Origin: Bdellovibrionales bacterium
Lineage (GTDB): Bacteria; Bdellovibrionota; Bdellovibrionia; Bdellovibrionales; UBA1609
DNA length: 64,000 nucleotides
Assembly (NCBI GenBank): GCA_965205945.1
Contig: CBDBIB010000002.1
Location: forward strand, 32,001 to 96,000
Direction: 5' to 3'
The translations under genes were made by a program, and so were the position numbers. Positions 18,843 to 28,800 of the stretch are shown here, piece by piece (the first letter of the stretch is position 1; every line of letters begins with the position of its first letter). The notes under the pieces are model-generated. The model made no database searches. It saw nothing but the letters and a program-made list of their open reading frames with translations, and had not been told where the DNA came from.

Positions 18843-21407
18843 ATGGGTTTTAGTAAAAATCAAGATTGGATAGAGCTTAAAGGTGTTCGTGAGAATAATC
18901 TTAAAAATATTTCAGTAAAAATCCCTAAAAATAAAATTACAGTAGTTACAGGTTTAAGTGGGAGTGGTAAATCAAGTCTTGTATTTGAAACTTTATTTTT
19001 AGAATCTCAAAGAAGATTTTTAGACGGGTTATCAAACTATTCAAAAAATTTTTTAGACACTTTTAAAAAACCTGAGTTAGATTCATTAAAAGAAGTTTCT
19101 CCTTCTATAGCGGTTGATCAAAAAACTGCAGGCTCAAGCCCTAGATCTACAGTTGGAACAATGACTGAAGTTTTAGACTATTTAAGACTTTTGTATGCAA
19201 GATTGGGCGAACCAAGATGTCCTAAGCATGGTCAATTTATAAAAGAAGGCTCTAAGGAAGGTCTTTATGAGTGGGCTAGCAAAAATTTTATTGGTAAAAA
19301 AATCAGAATTTTATGTCCTATTGTTCAATCTAAAAAAGGTGAGTTCACAAAAGAATTAGAAAAGTGGCAGTCTTTCGGGTTTTTAAAAGCTTATGTCAAT
19401 GGCAAACTTATGAATTTAAGTGAGATTCCAAAACTTCATAAAAGAAAAAATCATTCTATTGATTTAGTAGTGGATCAATTTAAATTTGAGAAAAAATTAA
19501 GTAATAGATTGAAAAAATCTATAAAAAGATCATTTAACTTACTTAAAGATGTTATTGCTTTTAAGGTTAATGAAAAAAGGGTTTTGTTTTCTATAAAAGC
19601 TGCATGTACAGAATGTGGTTTCTCTTTTCCAGAACTTGAGCCTAGACATTTTAGTTTTAATAATAGATTGGGGGCATGTGAAGATTGTGGGGGCCTAGGA
19701 ACTCAAGATATTCTAGAAATTGAAGACCAAGATCAAATAGGTTCTGGTGGAATATATATGAATTTAAAAAAGAAGAGCTATAAAAGCCTGGTTGATGGAA
19801 CGCCTTCTTTTTGTGAAACATGTAAAGGTTTAAGATTAAATCAAAGGGCGCTATCTGTTTTTATTGATAATAAGAATATTGCAGATTTTAGTGCATTTTC
19901 AATTCAAGAACTCATTAGTCATTTAGAAAACATAAAATTTAAAGGAAATAAAAAGTTGATTTTTAAACCTATTTTTAAAGAAATTAAGGAAAGACTTTGT
20001 TATCTTAAAGAGGTAGGAACAGGATACTTATCTTTAGATAGGAAATCAGAAAGTCTATCAGGTGGAGAAAGGCAAAGGTTAAGGCTTGCATCTCAACTTG
20101 GAAGTCCTTTAATAGGTGTTTTGTATGTATTAGACGAGCCTTCCATTGGTTTGCACCTTCAAGATCATAGAAAGCTTTTAAAAATAATTCAAAGATTAAA
20201 GAATCAAGGAAATACTGTTGTTATAGTAGAGCATGATGAAGACACTATGAGAATTGCAGACTTTATTATTGAAGTTGGTCCTGGAGCGGGTGCTATGGGT
20301 GGAGAAATTGTTAGTGCTAAAGTTTATAATAAGTTTTTGTCACAAAAACCAGAAACATTAACATCTTCATTTTTAAATAGAACAAAAAAAATTGTGAGAT
20401 TAGAGCCAAAAAAAATAGATTTAAAAAATGTGTTTTCAATTAAAAATGCAAATCTGAATAATCTTAAAAATGTAGATATTGATTTTCCAGTAGGAACCAT
20501 GATAGGAGTTTCGGGAGTTTCAGGGAGTGGGAAAAGTTCGTTAATAATGGATACACTTGCACAATCAGAATCTTTTAAAAATTCTAAAACTAAATTTAAA
20601 AATTTAAATAGATTTAACGTGATAAATAAAATAGATCAAAAACCTATAGGAAAAACGCCAAGATCTACTCCGGCAACATACGTGGGAGTTTATCAGTTGA
20701 TTAGATCGCTTTTTGCAAGGCTTGCAGAATCTCAAGTTAGAGGTTTTAAGGTAGGGCACTTTAGTTTTAACAGTGAGCTTGGACGATGTGGTGAGTGTGC
20801 AGGTAACGGAGTTAAAAAATTGGGATCACATTTTTTAACAAATATTTCAGTTAGTTGTACAACTTGTAATGGGAAAAGATTTAAGCCCGAAGTGTTAACT
20901 GTTCAATTTAAAGGTAAAAATATTTCAGACATTTTACAGATGTCTGTTAATCAAGCTTATAAGTTTTTTCAGAATCAAAATCCTATAAGGAATAAACTTA
21001 AGACAATGTTAGACGTTGGGCTTGGCTACATTAACCTTGGACAAGATAGTACAACCTTATCAGGTGGAGAGTCTCAAAGGCTAAAGCTTAGCAAAGAGCT
21101 TTCAAAAATATATAGAGGCGATATTTTATATATTCTAGATGAACCAACTACAGGACTTCATTTTCAAGATATTGATAAACTTATTAATTTACTTTCAAAC
21201 CTAGTAAAGAAAGGCCATACGGTCATTATTATTGAGCACCAGTTAGATATTTTAGGGCAATGTGATTATATAGTAGATCTAGGTCCTGAAGGTGGAAAAA
21301 AAGGAGGCTTTATTGTAGATAAAGGCTCTCCTAAAGAGATAGCTAAAAAAAGATTTGGACCAACAGGAAGAAGTCTTGCAGCTTTTTTAAAACAACGTAC
21401 TCAATAG
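18843..21407 (+). CDS. uvrA: excinuclease ABC subunit A
   Basis: Two ABC modules (GLSGSGKSS, GVSGSGKSS, LSGGE, LDEPS/LDEPT) and zinc fingers; start probably ATG 18843 rather than 18810. Confidence 0.93.
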   Translation: MGFSKNQDWIELKGVRENNLKNISVKIPKNKITVVTGLSGSGKSSLVFETLFLESQRRFLDGLSNYSKNFLDTFKKPELDSLKEVSPSIAVDQKTAGSSPRSTVGTMTEVLDYLRLLYARLGEPRCPKHGQFIKEGSKEGLYEWASKNFIGKKIRILCPIVQSKKGEFTKELEKWQSFGFLKAYVNGKLMNLSEIPKLHKRKNHSIDLVVDQFKFEKKLSNRLKKSIKRSFNLLKDVIAFKVNEKRVLFSIKAACTECGFSFPELEPRHFSFNNRLGACEDCGGLGTQDILEIEDQDQIGSGGIYMNLKKKSYKSLVDGTPSFCETCKGLRLNQRALSVFIDNKNIADFSAFSIQELISHLENIKFKGNKKLIFKPIFKEIKERLCYLKEVGTGYLSLDRKSESLSGGERQRLRLASQLGSPLIGVLYVLDEPSIGLHLQDHRKLLKIIQRLKNQGNTVVIVEHDEDTMRIADFIIEVGPGAGAMGGEIVSAKVYNKFLSQKPETLTSSFLNRTKKIVRLEPKKIDLKNVFSIKNANLNNLKNVDIDFPVGTMIGVSGVSGSGKSSLIMDTLAQSESFKNSKTKFKNLNRFNVINKIDQKPIGKTPRSTPATYVGVYQLIRSLFARLAESQVRGFKVGHFSFNSELGRCGECAGNGVKKLGSHFLTNISVSCTTCNGKRFKPEVLTVQFKGKNISDILQMSVNQAYKFFQNQNPIRNKLKTMLDVGLGYINLGQDSTTLSGGESQRLKLSKELSKIYRGDILYILDEPTTGLHFQDIDKLINLLSNLVKKGHTVIIIEHQLDILGQCDYIVDLGPEGGKKGGFIVDKGSPKEIAKKRFGPTGRSLAAFLKQRTQ

Positions 21408-21607
21408 TAAAATAGGTTAAATTCTTTATAAATAAAGGTATAAAAGCTTAGGCTACTTCATCTATAATAAGTGTATAATTTTTTTACAAAAAAAGGCCTT
21501 AGTTATCTTTTTTTTAATAAATACTTGAGTCAGCATTGTTTAATGTCGACATTGTTTTTAAGTGTCCATTTAAGGATATGTGTACTACTGTATAGGGGAA
21601 TATCACG

Positions 21608-22258
21608 GTGAGTTGGAATGATATACCAGATTGGGCATCATATGTAACAAAGGCATTACTTCAAACATTAAAAGCAAAAGATCCACATACGTTTTTTCAT
21701 TGTTGTAGAGTAGGTAGAGCAGCAAGGTTACTTGGTAAAGCAGCAGGGCTTAACGAGTATGAACAACATGTTTTAGAATATTCAGGCGTTTATCATGATA
21801 TTGGTAAAATTGCAATTCCTGATGAAGTTTTGTTTAAGCCTGCTAAATTAACAAGAGATGAGTATAGGTTAATGAAGCTTCACACTATGCGAAGTGTGGA
21901 GATTATAGCCCCTCTTATGGGAAATTCGTTTTTTAAAGATATTGCTCCTGCAGTTGAGCTTCATCATGAACGTTTAGATGGAACAGGTTATCCTTATCAA
22001 TTATTAGAAAAAGATATTCCAATTATAACTAGAATTGTTTCTATTGTGGATGCTGTGGATGCTATGGTGACCTCACGTCCTTACTGTAAAGGCATGCCTA
22101 TGGAGCGTGTTATTGGAGAGTTGAAAAAATATTCAGGGACTCAATTTGATGGATCTCTTGTTAAAATTTATTTAGAAGTATATAAGTTTTGGGAAAAAGA
22201 AAATCTTAAAGAAGAGGGTTTTTTAGTTGCAGATACGCTGCTTCATGTAGCTAGTTAA
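21608..22258 (+). CDS. HD-GYP c-di-GMP phosphodiesterase domain protein
   Basis: HDIGK, HHERLDGTGYP, DAVDAM..RPY, GTQFD. Confidence 0.92.
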   Translation: MSWNDIPDWASYVTKALLQTLKAKDPHTFFHCCRVGRAARLLGKAAGLNEYEQHVLEYSGVYHDIGKIAIPDEVLFKPAKLTRDEYRLMKLHTMRSVEIIAPLMGNSFFKDIAPAVELHHERLDGTGYPYQLLEKDIPIITRIVSIVDAVDAMVTSRPYCKGMPMERVIGELKKYSGTQFDGSLVKIYLEVYKFWEKENLKEEGFLVADTLLHVAS

Positions 22259-22412
22259 AATGTAGAAGTATTATTGCCAAGGTTTTTTTAAATTGGCGCT
22301 TTAATTTTTTAAAAACCGGTAGCTCCGTTATCTTTATAAAAGACTACCTTATTTTGATTAAAAAATACTTCATATTTTTTTCTAGGCACTTTTTACTCCA
22401 GTTACATTTATT

Positions 22413-22590
22413 TAACCCGAATTCGAACTTTTTAAATCTGCTGTAACATTCTATTTTTGTGGGTTTTTGAATATGGATTGATGGTTTAAAAGGGCACAGA
22501 CAATATACTGTTAATACTGACAAAACAGTCTTAACAATATATCTTATTCCTCAGTAACAGTTTATCAAATAGGTGATCTTCTTCGGGTTA
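22413..22590 (+). mobile_element. MITE-like / IS-end remnant, copy A
   Basis: Ends TAACCCGAA...TTCGGGTTA (9-bp perfect inverted repeat); first ~110 bp homologous to 30686-30793 in reverse orientation. Confidence 0.55.
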
Positions 22591-22836
22591 TCTTACAACA
22601 GATTTGTAGAAATTAGGAAATCTTTAAACACCTTATTTTTTTGTTTTTCTACATCTGCTTATACAATCAAATCTTTGCATTGAAATATTCGTTATAGAGA
22701 CTCTTAGCCTCATTGTTATTTATAATAATAAAATTAATTGCCATAAAACCTTTAGTGAGCTTGTTAAAAAAGGGTATTGTCTTACATAAAGCAGATCTCT
22801 TAAAGTAAGCTCTTCTATTCATCAAAAAAAAATAAA

Positions 22837-25800
22837 TTAATAACCAGGGCTACAACGTGTAAAATTAGGTTTTTCAGCACGAGTCCAAGAAGTTAAAGTT
22901 CGGCCTGAAAAACTGCCGCAATCGAGAACGTTAGAAACATTCCATGAACTGATGTCTTGATCAAAAGAAGCTGCACCATTAAACATAGACCTCATACTAG
23001 TAACCTTAGAAGTGTCCCAGTCAGAGGTGTCAGGGTTAGCTAAAGCTGCATTATTAAACATAGAGTTCATATTAATAACCTTAGAAGTGTCCCAGTTAGA
23101 GGTGTCAGGGTTAGCTAAAGCTGCATTATTAAACATAGAGTTCATATTAATAACCTTAGAAGTGTCCCAGTTAGAGGTGTCAGGGTTAGCTAAATCTGCA
23201 CCATAAAACATAGAGTTCATATTAGTAACCTTAGAAGTGTCCCAGTTAGAGGTGTCAGGGTTAGCTAAATCTGCACCATAAAACATAGAGTTCATATTAG
23301 TAACCTTAGAAGTGTCCCAGTCAGAGGTGTCAGGGTTAGCTAAAGCTGCACCTAAAAACATCCAGCTCATATTAGTAACCTTAGAAGTGTCCCAGTCAGA
23401 GGTGTCAGGGTTAGCTAAATCTGCACTATTAAACATATAGCTCATATTAGTAACCTTAGAAGTGTCCCAGTCAGAGGTGTCAGGGTTAGCTAAAGCTGTA
23501 TTAGAAAACATAAAGCCCATACTAGTAACCTTAGAAGTGTCCCAGTCAGAGGTGTCAGGGTTAGCTAAATCTGCATTATAAAACATAGAGCTCATACTAG
23601 TAACCTTAGAAGTGTCCCAGTCAGAGGTGTCAGGGTTAGCTAAATCTGCATTATAAAACATAGAGCTCATACTAGTAACCTTAGAAGTGTCCCAGTTAGA
23701 GGTGTCAGGGTTAGCTAAAGCTGCATCATAAAACATCAAGCCCATATCAGTAACCTTAGAAGTGTCCCAGTTAGAGGTGTCAGGGTTAGCTAAAGCTGCA
23801 TCATAAAACATCAAGCCCATACTAGTAACCTTAGAAGTGTCCCAGTTAGAGGTGTCAGGGTTAGCTAAAGCTGCATAAGAAAACATAGAGTTCATACTAG
23901 TAACATGTCTAGTTGAGCCACCATTAACAAGAGTTAAGTTATCTGCTTTATAAAACATATAACTAAAACTTTCCCACCCTGTGTCTCCTAATTCTGTAAC
24001 CTCAATTATTTGCTCGCTATCACGAAAGTTAAGATATGGGCAGCGCCCAGTGATTTTAACTATATAAGTCCCTGAAGATGAATAAGTATGATTTTTATCT
24101 AAATCACTTGATGAAGTAACAACTCCCGAGGTTCCATCCCCCCAATGAACCATAAAGTTATATGTATAAGAAGAACTTAAACTAAGATTTAAATTTAAAT
24201 CACTACCATAAATTCTAAATTTAGCTGTAAAAGGGGTTCCTAAATTTTGTATTTCAGTGCTTAAACTAACTACATCAGACAGGTTTCCGGCTGCATCTTG
24301 TGCAACACCAGAGGCGATTGTAATTTGAATATTTCCGGTTTCATCACTGCAGTCTGAAATCCTAATACTTGGATTAATAGTTGTTCCATTTGTTACTAAA
24401 ACTGTGCAACCTGTAGTAGTTCCAGTAAGGCTGACATTGCTCTTTTCTAGGTTTATACTACTAAAGTCTTGGCTTACAGTTATGGGAAAGTCTATAGAAT
24501 TTGAACTGCTTATTATATGGCTTCCAATACTGACAATAGGGGGTTTAGTATCTTTTATTAGATTTAAAACACCTGAAGTTTTAGAATTTCCAGCAATGTT
24601 TGTGATACTAGCAGTTAGTGAAAGTGGACCATCACTTAGGCTTGAAAAATCAATATCACCACTAAAGCTTTTATTAGAACAAGTAATAAAGCTTGTACCA
24701 TGTGAAAATGTGATAAGCTCACCATCTTCAGAACATGTTCCTAAAACCCTAAAACCCCCCTCATTAATAGAATTAATGTAAGATCCACTTAAAGAGTTTG
24801 TAATAGAAATTGTTGGATCATTGTTACTTAAAAAAGTTTTCCACACTACCCCATCGCAAAACTCCAGTTTTTTTCCTAAAGAATTATACCTTAAAGTACC
24901 CTCAGTTAAACTGTCACAAGGGGTTGTAACTGTTCCAACTTTTTTTAAAAATGTAACAGTAGATGTACTAATAGATCCTGGAGTAGAAATGCTTCCAGAG
25001 ACAGAAACATCACCATTATTGTTAATAGTGATTCCTTCATCATCGCCGTCTCCACTTAAATAATTTTGGTTAAGATTTATATTTAATCGAGCCCTGCCAT
25101 CTCCCATATTATCAGCACTGCTTGGTAAGTTTATAAGCCGACTTCCATCAACAGCAGGCAGTCTTAAAGAGCTATCAAGCTTAATAAGCTGATTGCTCCC
25201 TGTGCCAACATCTAATCTAGCTGTGCTAATGGTTCCTGAAGTGATCTTTTCTCCATTTAAATCTGGTATATCAGATTTTAATAAACTTAAACCCTCAACC
25301 ACTCTTCCTTTAACATCAACTCTAACTTTTGGGTACGTCCCTTGGGTTACACCCGTTGGTATAAGACTAGGGTTCGGGTAGGTTCCTGTAAGATCCCCTT
25401 GAGCCTGGCTTCCTAAAAGACTTGTGTCTGTCACACATGACCATAAATAAATAGGACCTTCACTCATTTGAAGTTTTTCATTGCTTTCACAATTAGGCAC
25501 TCCACCAGCATCCATTGCGTTGCCTGCATTTTTTCCTAAAGAAGCTTTTAAATAACCGTTTAAAAAGTTTGAATGTGTTATTTTTTTAAGACCACTTTGA
25601 GAAACATCATACATTAAAACACTGTCTAAAGAATCAGCCGTAGTTTTTTCTGTAGTTTTGTTAATGTCTACACTTAAACTTCTATTAGTTGATAAATCTC
25701 CACCTCCACTTAATCCACTGTTTAAAGCCGTTCTAATAGTTCTAGTTATTGGAGCTTTTCTAGATTCAAGTTCATTAAGTGCACCTTCTACATCTGTAGC

Positions 25801-28800
25801 CTGAATGTTTCCAAATGGAGTGTAGGTCACCGTGTTTGCCGCTAGACTTGCTAAACTCCAACCTTCAGACACATCCTTACAATTTGCTCCTCTTTCATCA
25901 CAAATTTGTGTTATTCTTGCTGTTCCAGCAACGTCTAATAAAGCCTCAGGACTAGCCTTACCAACTCCAACCCTTCCACTAGCATCAATAATAATTCCCT
26001 CATTATCACCGTCTCCACTTAAATAATTTTGGTTAAGATTTATATTTAATCGAGCTATACTATCTCCCATATTATCAGCACTGCTTGGTAAGTTTATAAG
26101 CCGACTTCCATCAACAGCAGGCAGTCTTAAAGAGCTATCAAGCTTAACAAGCTGATTACTCCCTGTGCCAACATCTAATCTAGCTGTGCTAATGGTTCCT
26201 GAAGTGATCTTTTCTCCATTTAAATCTGGTATATCAGATTTTAATAAACTTAAACCCTCAACCACTCTTCCTTTAACATCAACTCTAACTTTTGGGTACG
26301 TCCCTGGGGTTACACCCGTTGGTGTAAGACTAGGGTTTGGGTAGGTTCCTGTAAGATCCCCTTGAGCCTGGCTTCCTAAAAGACTTGTGTTTTGATCAAC
26401 TTCACATGACCAGGAATAAATAGGACCTTCACTCATTTGAAGTTTTTCATTGCTTTCACAACTAGGCACTCCACCAGCATCCATTGCGTTGCCTCGACTT
26501 TTTCCTAAAGAGGCTTTTAAATAACCGTTTAAAAAGTTTGAATGTGTTATTTTTTTAAGACCACTTTGAGAAACATCATATATTAAAACACTGTCTAAAG
26601 AATCAGCCGTAGTTTTTTCTGTAGTTTTGTTAATGTCTACACTTAAACTTCTATTAGTTGATAAATCTCCACCTCCACTTAATCCACTGTTTAAAGCCGT
26701 TGTAATAGTTCTAGTTATTGGAGCTTTTCTAGATTCAAGTTCATTAAGTGCACCTTCTACATCTGTAGCCTGAATGTTTCCAAATGGAGTGTAGGTCACC
26801 GTGTTTGCCGCCAGACTTGCTAAACTCCAACCTTCAGACACATCCTTACAATTTGCTCCTCTTTCATCACAAATTTGTGTTATTCTTGCTGTTCCAGCAA
26901 CGTCTAATAAAGCCTCAGGACTAGCCTTACCAACTCCAACCCTTCCATTAGCATCAATAATAATTCCCTCATTATCACCGTCTCCACTTAAATAATTTTG
27001 GTTAAGATTTATATTTAATCGAGCTATACCATCTCCCATATTATCAGCACTGCTTGGTAAGTTTATAAGCTGACTTCCATCAACAGCAGGCAGTCTTAAA
27101 GAGCTATCAAGCTTAACAAGCTGATTGCTCCCTGTGCCAACATCTAATCTAGCTGTGCTAATGGTTCCTGAAGTGATCTTTTCTCCATTTAAATCTGGTA
27201 TATCAGATTTTAATAAACTTAAACCCTCAACCACTCTTCCTTTAACATCAACTCTAACTTTTGGGTACGTCCCTGGGGTTACACCCGTTGGTATAAGACT
27301 AGGGTTCGGGTAGGTTCCTGTAAGATCCCCTTGAGCCTGGCTTCCTAAAAGACTTGTGTTTTGATCAACTTCACATGACCATAAATAAATAGGACCTTCA
27401 CTCATTTGAAGTTTTTCATTGCTTTCACAACTAGGCACTCCACCAGCATCCATTGCGTTGCCTCGACTTTTTCCTAAAGAGGCTTTTAAATAACCGTTTA
27501 AAAAGTTTGAATGTGTTATTTTTTTAAGACCACTTTGAGAAACATCATACATTAAAACACTGTCTAAAGAATCAGCCGTAGTTTTTTCTGTAGTTTTGTT
27601 AATGTCTACACTTAAACTTCTATCAGTTGATAAATCTCCGCCTCCACTTAATCCACTGTTTAAAGCCGTTCTAATAGTTCTAGTTATTGGAGCTTTTCTA
27701 GATTCAAGTTCATTAAGTGCACCTTCTACATCTGTAGCCTGAATGTTTCCAAATGGAGTGTAGGTCACCGTGTTTGCCGCCAGACTTGCTAAACTCCAAC
27801 CTTCAGACACATCCTTACAATTTGCTCCTCTTTCATCACAAATTTGTGTTATTCTTGCTGTTCCAGCAACGTCTAATAAAGCCTCAGGACTAGCCTTACC
27901 AACTCCAACCCTTCCACTAGCATCAATAATAATTCCCTCATTATCACCGTCTCCACTTAAATAATTTTGGTTAAGATTTATATTTAATCGAGCTACGCTA
28001 TCTCCCATATTATCAGCACTACTTGGTAAGTTTATAAGCCGACTTCCATCAACAGCAGGCAGTCTTAAAGAGCTATCAAGCTTAATAAGCTGATTGCTCC
28101 CTGTGCCAACATCTAATCTAGCTGTGCTAATAGTTCCTGAAGTGATCTTTTCTCCATTTAAATCTGGTATATCAGATTTTAATAAACTTAAACCCTCAAC
28201 CACTCTTCCTTTAACATCAACTCTAACTTTTGGGTACGCCCCTTGGGTTACACCCGTTGGTGTAAGACTAGGGTTTGGGTAGGTTCCTGTAAGATCCCCT
28301 TGAGCCTGGCTTCCTAAAAGACTTGTGTCTGTGTCTGTATCAATATCAGCCACGCAAGAATAGCTTATTATAGCACCAGGGTTTCGTTGAATCTTTTCCC
28401 CACTAGTACACACAGGAAGAGTGTCCACTTGCATGAGCTGTCCTAAACCACTTCCTATATCTGCTTCTAAACCCCTTGGCGTAATTTTTAAACCACTTCC
28501 TACTTTTACTTTTAATTTATTTATATTAAACTCTAAACCCCCAGAAGAATCTAAATCTAAATCTATGTTTCCACTGTTGTTGTATAAACCCCTACCAAGG
28601 TTGATGCTTATTGTTGGGTTGCTACCACCTGAAGAGGTTAAAGGAGCATTGACTAAAACACTTGATGCACTACTTAAGGTGCTTAAAACTTCTAAGCTAA
28701 CACCATTCCAATACTTAAGCGCTCCAGAGTCACTATTGTACCAAGTAGCCCCAGCATTGCTCATGTTCATAGATCCTAAAAGACTAACTTCTTCTAAATT

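Noticed and set aside
22968..23904. CRISPR array
   Set aside because: Units are in-frame 75-bp protein repeats with only a few variable codons, no unique spacers and no cas genes
22968..23904. Diversity-generating retroelement target (many variants fit A-to-N changes of AAY codons)
   Set aside because: No reverse transcriptase or clean template repeat in the window; synonymous adenines (GCA, TTA) never vary; AGG, TGG and TTG variants need non-A changes
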